A stretch of DNA of 63,413 bases from positions 1 through 63,413 of the forward strand of contig JBEQBQ010000005.1 in the NCBI GenBank assembly GCA_041639695.1, given 5' to 3'. The position numbers and the translations under genes are program-made. Shown in pieces: positions 9,582 to 19,338 of the stretch. The stretch comes from Candidatus Nanohaloarchaea archaeon (GTDB taxonomy: Archaea; Nanohalarchaeota; Nanosalinia; Nanosalinales; Nanosalinaceae). Below the pieces are notes generated by a model. It did no database searches. It was not told the DNA's origin and worked only from the letters and a program-made list of their open reading frames with translations. Every line of letters starts with the position of its first letter. Position 1 is the stretch's first letter.

Positions 9582-11486
9582 TTACTTTAGATCTGACTTG
9601 CCTGGGGGCATGGCCCTCATAATGTAGTCTAGATCGAGATCATTATCGAATCTTTTCTGGACTTTCTTCGCGATATCCGACTTCTTTTCGTGTCCGGGTA
9701 TAATCTCTACTGCTTTCCCGCAGTGCTCTTCTACAGCTTCCTTCGGACCGCACATAGGAACAAAAATATCTTCATCTATCTCGTACGCGCCTATAGCTGC
9801 TTCTACAGAGACATTACGGATGTACTCTCTTTCACCTCTTATTACGAATGCTCCTTTCGCCAGGTACTCGCCGGACTCCGCCTCTTGCGTAACCTGATCT
9901 GGTTCGACGTAGTAAACGTCATCAGCACCGATACCGGCTTTCCAGGTCTTTGTGAACGTAACTGCGGCCTTAGCAGCCTCTCTTCTGGTCTTTTCACCTG
10001 CTTCTTGTCCGTCCTTCACTACTACGGAAGGCGCTCCATCAAAGTTGGCGTGGAAGTAAAGATCGTTTTTCTCCATGTGTTTCTTCACAAGCATCTCGTT
10101 GGTCTGTACGTCTCTACCCATTAAGACCAGGTAATCCTCCGAGGATCTGAACCAGCGGTACTTCTCGAACCATTCCTTTTCCCGTTTCTGGGACTTGTCT
10201 TCCATAACTTCATCGAGGTCTATATCCTGTTCGCCAAGCTCTTCCAGCTGTTTCTCCACGTTTTCAAGTGCCTCTTTCGCACTTTCGATCTTGCTTTCTG
10301 ACTCCTTGGCCTTGTCATATAGCTCGGAAGCGGTTGCCTCAAGGTCCTGGAAAAGACTGATCTTCAAAGTTTTGTCTCCTACATCTATTGAAATGAATTC
10401 TTCCTGCTCGTTCATCCCTTTTATTTTCTCAATATCTCCGTGATCCTCGTCGCTTTCCTTGGCCTCCTCAATCTTCTCCCTTGTTTCAGGCCAGGAATGT
10501 TCCTTTACTGCGTTTTCAAACTCGGTCTTCAGTTTTTCCAGTAGCTGGTAGTTCTCGTATATGGATTCCGCGTCCTCCCGCTTCTGTTCGGCGGACTTCT
10601 TCAGACCCTCAATCTTCCTTTCCATCTGCTGTTTCTGACGTTCCAAACCATCTTTCTCTTCTTTGTAGACCTTCCTTCTCTTCCTTTCCTCTTTCCGCTT
10701 CTCCCGGCGGTAGAAAAACTCGTCCAAGGCCGTACTAAACAAGTCGAACTCCTCTACTTCAAGACCGGAATACTCCTCAAGCGGGAAAGGCGAAGCCCGC
10801 TTAAGCTCCCTATCATCACTATAAACCCGGGGAGAGCGTTCACCCGTAATAATATCTTCAATCTCCTGGTTAATCCTCTCTACTTCCTCTTGCTCAAGAT
10901 CTCCAACTTCGGTATGTTTGTCAATATCTGCACGCGAACACACTTCCTCAGCATAAGTACCTCCCAGACTCAAGTCTGAAGCAATACTTCTAACCACTTC
11001 TCCCTCACTCAAGTTTTCAACATAGTCATCCATCTCTCTTGGATCGGGGGCAGGATCCGGGTAGACATATTCTTCTCCGACCTCGATTATCCTGTCGGCC
11101 CACTGTTCCTGCCTTAAAGCGCCGATTATCTTCCCGTCCTTTACTAGGATAAAGTTGCCTTTTCCAAAGATCTCACAGATCAGTTTGGTGTCTCCAGACT
11201 TCAGTTCAAGTATTCTGTCAAAACCTCTCTGTTTAACTTCATCGAGTTTTCCTAAATGTTTTCTAAGTTCCATCGCGAAGCCTGGCGGCTTTGTGGGATT
11301 GTCTCGCTTATACTTAGACAGGAAAGCGTAGCTAGTACCGATTAAAAGCCTCTTTTTTCCCTCTCCGCCGATGTAGACCTCGACCGTTAACTCCTTGTCT
11401 CTCTGATAAACTTTCTGGACGTGACCTCTCTCCAACTGCTTGAAGTCGTCCATCAGTAGTGAAAGATCGAGGCTTGTAAGTTCCAT
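9582..11486 (-). CDS. rqcH: Ribosome quality control protein RqcH/NEMF (NFACT family)
   Basis: FDRIL, EIFGKGNFIL, WFEKYRWF, GRD..TNE and GEYLAKGAFVIRG motifs. Confidence 0.93.
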   Translation of the reverse strand: MELTSLDLSLLMDDFKQLERGHVQKVYQRDKELTVEVYIGGEGKKRLLIGTSYAFLSKYKRDNPTKPPGFAMELRKHLGKLDEVKQRGFDRILELKSGDTKLICEIFGKGNFILVKDGKIIGALRQEQWADRIIEVGEEYVYPDPAPDPREMDDYVENLSEGEVVRSIASDLSLGGTYAEEVCSRADIDKHTEVGDLEQEEVERINQEIEDIITGERSPRVYSDDRELKRASPFPLEEYSGLEVEEFDLFSTALDEFFYRREKRKEERKRRKVYKEEKDGLERQKQQMERKIEGLKKSAEQKREDAESIYENYQLLEKLKTEFENAVKEHSWPETREKIEEAKESDEDHGDIEKIKGMNEQEEFISIDVGDKTLKISLFQDLEATASELYDKAKESESKIESAKEALENVEKQLEELGEQDIDLDEVMEDKSQKREKEWFEKYRWFRSSEDYLVLMGRDVQTNEMLVKKHMEKNDLYFHANFDGAPSVVVKDGQEAGEKTRREAAKAAVTFTKTWKAGIGADDVYYVEPDQVTQEAESGEYLAKGAFVIRGEREYIRNVSVEAAIGAYEIDEDIFVPMCGPKEAVEEHCGKAVEIIPGHEKKSDIAKKVQKRFDNDLDLDYIMRAMPPGKSDLK

Positions 11487-11529
11487 AACTAAGGTTAGAA
11501 AGGTGAGTTACAAAAAGCTGGATGCTTGT

Positions 11530-12792
11530 TTAATCCGCTGTAACCGGTTTTGAGCTTGAGACTTCGATTTCGGTTTCGGAACTTTCGTGTTCCAATTGGG
11601 GTTCTATATTTTCTGCCAGGGTCTCTCCGGTCAATTCTGATTCGTATTTGTCCTTGAAAGCTCCAGGTATTGAGTAAGCTATAGTTGCAGACTTGTACGC
11701 AGGCAAGGCCATTATACCAAGACTATCGGTGGCCAGTTCTTTTGCTTTTCCTTTGGGGTTCTCCGATTCTAAAGCTTCCCCTCTGGCTGCTGCGTTTACA
11801 TATGCCCCTGCGGTAAGTAAAGTGGCTGTTCCGTACGCGGTAGCTGCAGCCTCTACTTCTCCTGTGGCTGCGACTTCTGCTGCTTTCTCGTAAAGCATCG
11901 GTGAAAGCAGCGTTCCTCCTATGTCTGCTGTAAGAACTGCACCGTATCTACTTGGGCTTAGTGCTGATTTGATATGACTCCAAGGCTTCTCGGAGACTGC
12001 ATTAATCTGGCCTTTAGCCCAGGTTCTTCTCTGTTTTAGGTGTTCTTTAGGTTTTTCCGGAGCTATTGTGTTTATCTGCAGAGCTGGAAGATATTCGATA
12101 TTTTCGCCCATCTCCATCTGGAGTATGTTGGTTAGTTCTCTGTCGTCTCCGGCGTAGTTGCCGCTGTGTTCTTCCATGGCGTCCTTTATTTTCTCAGTTT
12201 TGCCTAGTGTTGCTGTTCCTGAAGCAGTTACAATTCTAGAGTTCTCACCGTTTGAAGTGATTCGATCCACTCCACGTCTCATCGTATATTCGAGCTCCTG
12301 CATCTTCTCGTAAAAGTTTGCTACAACTCCGTCGCCGGCAGTTTCAGGTATCATTCTAGTCATAGCTGCTGCCGAGTCCGTAGAGTCGAACTCCAAAACG
12401 GCTTGATCTATGCTTTTCGGGTTCTGGATATAGGAGTCGGCATCTATTGAAAGCCAGTAATCTTCTTCCATCTGGTCGGTGCAGTGTTTCTGGGCTCCGA
12501 ACTTCCCTGTGTTCTCATCCATCTCTATGAATTCCAGTTTTTCGGACTCTGAAGCGAATTCTTCTATTATTTTGGCCGTAGAGTCTTCGGATCCATCGTC
12601 TACCGCGTAAGCTGTCTCGTAGAGATCGGAATTTTCGACTGCTTCATCGAGATTTGTCAGTGTCTTTTCTACTATGTCTTCTTCGTTGTAGAAACAAGTT
12701 ACTGAGCCTAGAGAAGGCAAGTCTTCGTAAGGGTCTTCTCCGACTTGTTGTATTCCCTCGGCCTGTAGGTGAGAGTTCCGAAACGAATCCAT
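11530..12792 (-). CDS. Processive GT2 glycosyltransferase (hyaluronan synthase/NodC-like motifs)
   Basis: DDGSED, IDADS, GDDRELTN and QRRTW, i.e. the D,D,D,QxxRW set with one substitution. Confidence 0.85.
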   Translation of the reverse strand: MDSFRNSHLQAEGIQQVGEDPYEDLPSLGSVTCFYNEEDIVEKTLTNLDEAVENSDLYETAYAVDDGSEDSTAKIIEEFASESEKLEFIEMDENTGKFGAQKHCTDQMEEDYWLSIDADSYIQNPKSIDQAVLEFDSTDSAAAMTRMIPETAGDGVVANFYEKMQELEYTMRRGVDRITSNGENSRIVTASGTATLGKTEKIKDAMEEHSGNYAGDDRELTNILQMEMGENIEYLPALQINTIAPEKPKEHLKQRRTWAKGQINAVSEKPWSHIKSALSPSRYGAVLTADIGGTLLSPMLYEKAAEVAATGEVEAAATAYGTATLLTAGAYVNAAARGEALESENPKGKAKELATDSLGIMALPAYKSATIAYSIPGAFKDKYESELTGETLAENIEPQLEHESSETEIEVSSSKPVTAD

Positions 12793-12797
12793 TTATA

Positions 12798-12817
12798 TTG
12801 TTACTTTGCCATAACAA
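12798..12817 (-). promoter_or_regulatory. Perfect palindrome TTGTTA-N8-TAACAA between the TATA box and start of the GT2 gene
   Basis: ttgtta-ctttgcca-taacaa. On the minus strand TTTTTATG lies immediately upstream and the ATG 5 nt downstream. Confidence 0.6.
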
Positions 12818-12944
12818 CATAAAAATGTTGTGGTTCTGTCCGAGCCAAAAAAGATCCGGGCTTGTAAGATCCAAATGGGAGGACAGAGTTTGAATGTCCA
12901 GGAACTTAGGTAGATTTATCTTAATTTCAAGGAATATTATTTCT

Positions 12945-13436
12945 ATGAAATCTGAAGAGGCAGAAGTAGTTTTTCACTTTGACAAGGATTATCGTGAGGG
13001 GGTTATGGACGGTAATTTAGATAGTTGGATTGAATTATCCGTGCGGGCAGACGATACCTATATCTATGGTAAGGATAAGAGCGGAGTGACTGGATATGCT
13101 GACAATATTCTTATTCAGCTACTTGAGTCAGTAGAAGCTATTGAGAAAGGACGTAAGTATATAGTGGAGTTTGAATTTGGACCGACATGGCTGTCGATCG
13201 AACCTAAAGAGGGAAATAAAGTGAGAATTGTCGGAGCTACCACTTTAAATGGTGCTAAAAATCCTGAAGAGCGGTTAGATATTGACATAAGCAGAGAGGT
13301 ATCACAAGAATCGTGGAAGGCTGCAGTACGCCGGTCTTCTGGTGTGTTCATTAATGAAGTTCTAAAGTTAAATCCAGAGCTAAGAAGCCAAGATTTTGTC
13401 CAAAAAGTTCAAACAAAAAGGGATAAACTGTTTTAG
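12945..13436 (+). CDS. Hypothetical protein (AT-rich)
   Basis: ORF track 12894..13436; ATG 12945 is preferred. No family recognised. Confidence 0.65.
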   Translation: MKSEEAEVVFHFDKDYREGVMDGNLDSWIELSVRADDTYIYGKDKSGVTGYADNILIQLLESVEAIEKGRKYIVEFEFGPTWLSIEPKEGNKVRIVGATTLNGAKNPEERLDIDISREVSQESWKAAVRRSSGVFINEVLKLNPELRSQDFVQKVQTKRDKLF

Positions 13437-13455
13437 TTTAGGTAAGGCGGTTTTT

Positions 13456-13989
13456 TTAGAACATGTCGACGCCTTCCTGTTCTCCATCCCGTCCGGCCTG
13501 CTCGTTCTCGAACTGGTGCTTGAATTCATCGACATCTGAGAGATCAAAGTAGTCCAAGAAGTGGTCTGTAACATCTAGGATTGCGGTTCGGCCATCTTTC
13601 TCCTTAGAAATGAATCCCCGGGACACAAGCTCTTTCACGTGCTGGTACGCCCTGTTACCTCTTATTTCAACGATATCGGTCTGTTCGACAGGTGCATTAT
13701 AGGCTATGAGGGAAAGTGTTCTCAACTGGCCTTCGTTAAGGTCTTGGTGTGGTGCAAGGTGAGATACATGGTCTAAATGGTCTTTCTTAACCTTCAATTC
13801 GTAGCCTTCAGGGTTCTTGACAAGTTCAAGGCCTCTATGATCTTCCTCTAAATCATCTCTGAACTCTTCAATTAACATGTCTACATAACCCATAGAACCT
13901 AGGTCGAGTATATCTGCTATCTCGTCCGAGTCTACAGGTTCCTCTGCTAGGAAAAGCGCGGCCTCAAGTCTTGATTTCTTGTCTTCCAT
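13456..13989 (-). CDS. scpB: SMC-Scp complex subunit ScpB
   Basis: LEAALFLAEEP, LRTLSLIAYNAP, IRG and FLDYF motifs; downstream of scpA. Confidence 0.95.
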   Translation of the reverse strand: MEDKKSRLEAALFLAEEPVDSDEIADILDLGSMGYVDMLIEEFRDDLEEDHRGLELVKNPEGYELKVKKDHLDHVSHLAPHQDLNEGQLRTLSLIAYNAPVEQTDIVEIRGNRAYQHVKELVSRGFISKEKDGRTAILDVTDHFLDYFDLSDVDEFKHQFENEQAGRDGEQEGVDMF

Positions 13990-14020
13990 ACTGAGAGTTT
14001 AGTGCCTCCATTAAAAATAC

Positions 14021-14758
14021 TTAGTTCGCGACCTTTTCCTCTTCGTCTCTAGGTTTCACTTCTAGGTCTCCAAGCCATTCGTCTTGTATGCAGTCGACTT
14101 TTCTGTCGTTCTCTAGATGTAGAACGTGGAGGAACTTCTCTATCTGTTCCTCTTGGTCTCCGGATTCAAGCAATTGGTTGAACTTGACTTTTTCCTTGCT
14201 TGAACCGACTAAACCGTTTAACCTCGAGAAAAGCGAGTTAATCTTCTCGTTCAAGGACTGCTCATCAATATCAACAGGGTCATCCATTTGCTCTCTCATC
14301 TCCTGTCTTTCTTCCCTCTTCTCTTTTACTTCCATCGCATCATCTAGCGCATCTTTCAACTCGTTCAGGCTCATACGTCTTTTCGGCTTGGCTTTGACAG
14401 GTACTTCTAGGTCGGGGCCGACCTCGAGATCGGGGCTCTCATCTTCCTGCATCTCCTCTTCTTCGATAAACTCTTCTTCCTCAAAGTCCATAGGGTTTTT
14501 AGGTTCCTGCTCCTCTTCTTCCTGATAGTCTCCAGCCAGAGCAAGGGTTTTCATCCTGAGAAGTGCTGCGGAGATCCTTACTGCTTTGGCAGGTACTTCC
14601 AGATCGAAATCTTCGAGCTCAGAGATATATTCTCTGTAACGTTCTGTTAGAAGGCAGATATCGATGTTCTGGGGGTTCATGTCCGCAGTTAGTACTTCTA
14701 AAGTTTCTTCCCACGGCTGCTCTGCAAGGGTTTCAGTATCTATATCGAGTTTTTCCAT
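14021..14758 (-). CDS. scpA: Kleisin ScpA
   Basis: MNPQNIDI, AALLRMKT and C-terminal FLHVLHL..Q..LGDL; between smc and scpB. Confidence 0.92.
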   Translation of the reverse strand: MEKLDIDTETLAEQPWEETLEVLTADMNPQNIDICLLTERYREYISELEDFDLEVPAKAVRISAALLRMKTLALAGDYQEEEEQEPKNPMDFEEEEFIEEEEMQEDESPDLEVGPDLEVPVKAKPKRRMSLNELKDALDDAMEVKEKREERQEMREQMDDPVDIDEQSLNEKINSLFSRLNGLVGSSKEKVKFNQLLESGDQEEQIEKFLHVLHLENDRKVDCIQDEWLGDLEVKPRDEEEKVAN

Positions 14759-14830
14759 TATTAACCATCCTTTTCTCCCTCGCTCCCCATTTCCTTGTTA
14801 GAAGCCCTTTCTTTTAACTTTTCAGGTGGT

Positions 14831-17428
14831 CTAGGCATCTAGCTCGATGCTTCTCATCTTCGAGACGCCCTCCTGCATTGAGACACCGTAGGCTCTCTCG
14901 GCGTGTCTCACAGTTATCTCGTTGTGAGAAATCACGATGAACTGGTTGCCGTCCGCGTAGTCTTTCAAGAGTTCGGACAGCTTCTTCGAGTTTGATTTGT
15001 CTAAGGCGGCATCGATCTCGTCCATGATGTAGAAAGGCGACTCCTCGTATTCTAGAATTGCGAAAACAAAGGCGATAGCGGTCAAAGTTTTTTCTCCGCC
15101 GGATAAAGCCTGGATGATGTGAGGTTCTTTCTTTGGAGGTGCGGCACGGATTTTCAACCCTTTTTCTATATCATCGTCCTCTAACTCGAGCTCGGCGTTA
15201 CCGCCATCAAATAATTGGGTAAAGATTCTGGAGAAGCTTTCCTGCAGCTTTTCCAGGGTTTCCATGAAGCATTCGCGTTTCTTCTTGTCGATCTCGTTGA
15301 TCAAATCCTCTATTTCAAGCTTCTCCTGTCTTATCTCAGAAACTCTTTCCTTGAAGTCGTCGAACTCTTCTTTCTTCGTCTTGTATTCGTCTATCGCCCG
15401 CATGTTGACCGGGCCCATCGAGTTCTGCTTTCTGAGTACTTTCTTCTTTTTCTTCTTCAGATCCTCGGGACTGGAGTCCAGGCCGATTAGTTCGTCCTCA
15501 TCGAAGTCGTACTCCTGCTCGTCCTCCTCGATATTGTCAAGTTCGGCCTTCAACCGGGCTTTCTTCGACCCTACATCATCAATTTTTGTTTCAAGCCTTT
15601 GCTGCTCGCTGTACTTCTCCTGTCTCTCCTCTCTTAACTCTCTCAGGTCTTCTCTTATCTGTTTTTTCTCCTCTGTAAGATCTCCGTCGGTCTCTTCTTC
15701 ATCCTCTTTGTTTCTCTTCATCTCCTTGAGCTCGGCAACATCCTTCTGAAGTTTCTCAATCTCCTTCTCAACTTCTTTCTTCTCTTTCTTTTTCTTGTCC
15801 GGGTCTAGAGATTTCGAAAGTTTCTTCGTGTCCTTGCTTCGCTTTTTCTTCTTTTTACCTCCGGACATCGCACCTCCTCGAGACATAACGTCTCCGTCCA
15901 AGGTTACGACACGGACGCCATCAATATTCTTTACAGAGTCTAAGTCTTCAGCTATTAAGGTATCGGAGAATACGTGGTTGATCGCTTTCTCGTACTCGTC
16001 GTTGTAGTTGACAAGGTTTGATGCGTAGTCGATAACACCTTTCTTCTTTTTCGCCATCTTCGATTTGGCGCTCTTTGAACGGTCTTTAATCTTGTCAAGA
16101 GGAAGCATTCTGGCCCGTCCAATATTCTCTCTTTTCAGGTAGTTGATTGCGTCGACCGCGGTATTTCTATCTTCAACCACAACGTCCTTCATGTGGCCTC
16201 CTGCCGCTGTATCGATCGCGACTGAGAACTGGTCGTCCGCCGAAATCAAGTCTTGGAACGCACCTATAACCTTATTGTTGTCCATAGAAAGAACGGCGTC
16301 TACAGCCCTTGAACCTGTGTTTTGCCGTTTCTGCATCTTCTGAAGATCGTCTATCTGTTCTTCGAGATCTTCTAATTTGTCTTTCTTGTTCTCGATCTTC
16401 CCTCTCTTTTTCTCTATCCTGTTCTCAAGGTGTTGAACGTCAGAAGTTCCCTGTGACTGGTTTTCCTCAATCTCGTCGATACGATCCTGTTTCTCCTCTA
16501 TCTCTTCATCAATTCTTTCAAGCTCTTCCTCTAATTCATCGATTCTCTCTTTTTTCTCTGAAGTATCGGTATTAATGTTTGCTAGCTGGTTAGATAGTGC
16601 GCGTTTCCTGACCTCGAGGATTGAGGCTTCAAGTTTTTCTTTCCGTTCTTCAAGCTCTCTGTACTGTAGTGCCAGCTCCTTGTCTTCCTTTAACTGTTCT
16701 AGCTGTTCTTTCTTTTCTTCTAGTAGTATTTCCTGTTCCTGTAACTTCGACTCAACCTCCTCAAGCTCTTCCTCAGCTTCATCCTTTTTCTCATCGAACA
16801 CCGCCACTCCCGAGAGTTCGTCGACAACTTTTCTTCTCTCTATCTCGCTCTGTTCGACGATCTCGGTGACTTTTCCCTGTCGGACGAAGTGGTAGCCTTC
16901 AGGATCGATATTGGCTTTCTGAGCTATCTCATCGATCTTTGATTTCTTGCAGTTGGAGCCCTGGAACTTGTAGATCGAGCTTCCGGCTTGCGTAACCTTT
17001 CTCGCGACCTTTATCTCCTCTGCTTCATCCTCTTCTTCCAGAAACTCGTCGAAAATCCCTGAAGAGTTGTCGAGGTAGATCGAAACCTTGGCGTAGTCGG
17101 CTTCTTTCCTGTTCTCTCCGCCGTTAAATATTAGCTGTGTAAGCTTCTCGGCTCTCAAGTTAGAACTTCTTCTTCCGAAAACAAAGCTTATGCCGTCAAT
17201 AATGTTTGATTTACCGTTCCCGTTCTCTCCTACGATAGCTGTGAGACCTTCGTAGAACGGTACTGCGGTCTTCTGCTGGAATGACTTGAATCCTTTCGAT
17301 GTTACCTTGTTTATCTTTGTCGAGCCGTTTACTTTCTCCTCTTCTATCTGTTCTTCCATCTGCTCGAGCTCCTGTTTCTCCTCCTCGAGGTCGATATCTT
17401 CGGATTCCTGCGCCACAGCCTCTGTCAT
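14831..17428 (-). CDS. smc: Chromosome segregation protein Smc (unusually short, 865 aa)
   Basis: GFKSF, GENGNGKSN Walker A, hinge with GRARMLPLD and TLDGD..SRGGAMSGG, LSGGEK signature, DEIDAALD, ISH. Confidence 0.95.
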   Translation of the reverse strand: MTEAVAQESEDIDLEEEKQELEQMEEQIEEEKVNGSTKINKVTSKGFKSFQQKTAVPFYEGLTAIVGENGNGKSNIIDGISFVFGRRSSNLRAEKLTQLIFNGGENRKEADYAKVSIYLDNSSGIFDEFLEEEDEAEEIKVARKVTQAGSSIYKFQGSNCKKSKIDEIAQKANIDPEGYHFVRQGKVTEIVEQSEIERRKVVDELSGVAVFDEKKDEAEEELEEVESKLQEQEILLEEKKEQLEQLKEDKELALQYRELEERKEKLEASILEVRKRALSNQLANINTDTSEKKERIDELEEELERIDEEIEEKQDRIDEIEENQSQGTSDVQHLENRIEKKRGKIENKKDKLEDLEEQIDDLQKMQKRQNTGSRAVDAVLSMDNNKVIGAFQDLISADDQFSVAIDTAAGGHMKDVVVEDRNTAVDAINYLKRENIGRARMLPLDKIKDRSKSAKSKMAKKKKGVIDYASNLVNYNDEYEKAINHVFSDTLIAEDLDSVKNIDGVRVVTLDGDVMSRGGAMSGGKKKKKRSKDTKKLSKSLDPDKKKKEKKEVEKEIEKLQKDVAELKEMKRNKEDEEETDGDLTEEKKQIREDLRELREERQEKYSEQQRLETKIDDVGSKKARLKAELDNIEEDEQEYDFDEDELIGLDSSPEDLKKKKKKVLRKQNSMGPVNMRAIDEYKTKKEEFDDFKERVSEIRQEKLEIEDLINEIDKKKRECFMETLEKLQESFSRIFTQLFDGGNAELELEDDDIEKGLKIRAAPPKKEPHIIQALSGGEKTLTAIAFVFAILEYEESPFYIMDEIDAALDKSNSKKLSELLKDYADGNQFIVISHNEITVRHAERAYGVSMQEGVSKMRSIELDA

Positions 17429-17536
17429 CGCTGAAAAAGGTTTGAACTGGCAGGAATAAAAAGGCTGTTGAACCGTCGTCTCAGGGTAGAAAAAGGTAAG
17501 AAAAAGAGGTTTTGGTGGCAGCTAGAAAAACGCTCT

Positions 17537-18661
17537 CTAAGTTGGTGTGGTGTTCTCGGTCTGGTTCATCTCTTCAGGGGTCTCTGTCATGTTCTCGGTC
17601 ATATTTTCTTCTGTCTCATTTCCAGGAGTTTCTGTAGGTGTCTCTGTCTGGTTTTCAAGTGTTTCTGTCTGGTTCTGTGGCGTAGCGGTCTCTTCTATTT
17701 CAAGATCGTCTCCGGGTAGCTGGCCCCATTCTTCCTGTTTCCTTAGAACCAGTTCGGAAGCGATCTCTGAAGCCGGTCCTGTGAAAGGTTCTGCCTCCAT
17801 CCCGGTTGCTTGTGAAACTGTTTCGGCGAAGTTTTCAGGTCCTACTGCCCAAATCTCTTCAGCCTCTACATCTTGAAGAGACTGGTTGACGTTTTCCGGA
17901 TCTACCGAAATTACTGCGGCGTTTGGAACGTAAGATGCCGGTATCGAGTAGGTAAAGTTCTCTCTTGACGTCACTACGAGTGTGTCAACTCCGGAGGTTT
18001 CGGGTCGTGCCTCCTCGAGAATCTGGTCTACTGAACCTGTGTACTCCTGAGTCTCTATTCCTGTGATGTTGCCGACTTCTCCGGTCGTGAAGATGTTGGC
18101 GGTTTCGGGTTGAAGCGTACTAATTGCTTCGTTTGTTGTGTTGGAAGCGTTCTCTGAGACGAGTAGTGTAGGTGCATCGTTCGAGTGGACTGCACCAGCC
18201 ATTAGGTTGAAGTCGTCTTCAACTAGGTTGACTTCCTGGCTTCCTTCCTGCCAGAATCTCTGTGCGACTGTACTTGCTGTCTCTTCTGCTGTCTCTCCTG
18301 AAACTCTTTCAACGCTGTAGTCTTGGGAGAGCTGCATCTCGATCTCTGGTGATACTACTGCGGGCCCTCCGACAATAACTACGTTTGATGGCTGTAGCTG
18401 TTCGAGTGTTCCGGAGGTTTCTTCAGGTATTTCCTCTGGATCTGTCAGAAGTACTGGTGCTGCATACTTCTCCGAGACCTGTCCTGCGAGTAGCGAGTCG
18501 TAGTAGGTCTCTGTTGTGGTCATGATTACTGTGTCGACCTGCGGCTGCTGTGCTTGGCTTTCTCCTTCAACGGTTGTATTGTTGCCCTGTGCGGCTGCTG
18601 TTCCGGACAGGACTAGCGTAGCTGCCACCGCTAGCGCTATAGTTGTAGTTAGCCTTTTCAT
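17537..18661 (-). CDS. Secreted protein with cell-wall-binding repeat 2-like domain and T/E-rich tail
   Basis: Sec signal (MKRLTTT...AAAQ), PVLLT, VVIVGGPAVVS and RVSG..AEETA motifs, low-complexity ETP/ENMT tail. Confidence 0.75.
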   Translation of the reverse strand: MKRLTTTIALAVAATLVLSGTAAAQGNNTTVEGESQAQQPQVDTVIMTTTETYYDSLLAGQVSEKYAAPVLLTDPEEIPEETSGTLEQLQPSNVVIVGGPAVVSPEIEMQLSQDYSVERVSGETAEETASTVAQRFWQEGSQEVNLVEDDFNLMAGAVHSNDAPTLLVSENASNTTNEAISTLQPETANIFTTGEVGNITGIETQEYTGSVDQILEEARPETSGVDTLVVTSRENFTYSIPASYVPNAAVISVDPENVNQSLQDVEAEEIWAVGPENFAETVSQATGMEAEPFTGPASEIASELVLRKQEEWGQLPGDDLEIEETATPQNQTETLENQTETPTETPGNETEENMTENMTETPEEMNQTENTTPT

Positions 18662-18824
18662 GGCTACAGGCTGAACATCAACCATGTTGCTTAAAATCCT
18701 AACGGTTTAAGACCTGCTAGAAACCTTATTAGATACATCTACTGTTTGTTTCTGTGTAAAAGTGTATTTGAGACCAACCTGGCTTTCTACATATTTTATA
18801 CATATTCGTAAAGAAGACTGGTTT

Positions 18825-19337
18825 ATGATTCTCAACAAGCAAGGTCTTAGAAACGCTATAGAAGACGGTCTCGTACAGGAATATGTCCATTTAGAAACGC
18901 AGCTACAGCCAAACGGTTTCGACATGACGGCCGGAGAAATACACAGGTACAAAGGAAAAGGCAAGCTCGACTTCTCAAACTCAGAAAGAGAAATACCTGA
19001 GACAGAGAAGGTCGAACCTGTCAAAAAGAACGAGGACGATGACTACGGCTGGTGGGACCTAGAACCGGGAGTTTACAAAGTTGTTATGAATGAAAAAGTC
19101 GACATACCGAACCACATAACGGCTTTAGCATTTCCAAGAAGCTCTCTGCTGAGAATGGGCTGTACTATAGAAAATGCGGTATGGGACTCTGGATATACAG
19201 GTACTGGCAGCTTTATGCTAGAAGTTCATAACTCTGAAGGCGTTGAGATCAAAGAGAATGCACGGGTGAATCAGTTAGTCTTTTTCGAGATGGATGAAAC
19301 CGAGGAGGGCTACTCGGGGATCTATAACGAGGACTAG
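18825..19337 (+). CDS. dUTPase / dCTP deaminase family
   Basis: QPNGFD, PRSSLLRMG, AVWDSGYTG and RVNQLVF motifs of the archaeal trimeric dUTPase type. Confidence 0.9.
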   Translation: MILNKQGLRNAIEDGLVQEYVHLETQLQPNGFDMTAGEIHRYKGKGKLDFSNSEREIPETEKVEPVKKNEDDDYGWWDLEPGVYKVVMNEKVDIPNHITALAFPRSSLLRMGCTIENAVWDSGYTGTGSFMLEVHNSEGVEIKENARVNQLVFFEMDETEEGYSGIYNED

Positions 19338-19338
19338 T

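Noticed and set aside
12945-13436. AT-rich ORF as a possible toxin immunity protein
   Set aside because: No adjacent toxin and no recognisable motif.
14761-14790. 9-aa upstream ORF (MGSEGEKDG) just before scpA on the minus strand
   Set aside because: Too short to distinguish from chance in a purine-rich leader.
15215-16895. Multiple plus-strand Ser/Phe-rich ORFs, here and opposite most genes
   Set aside because: They are antisense shadows of Glu/Lys-rich coding sequence and carry no motifs.
17540-17700. Short imperfect tandem repeats
   Set aside because: Explained by the low-complexity ETP/ENMT protein tail.
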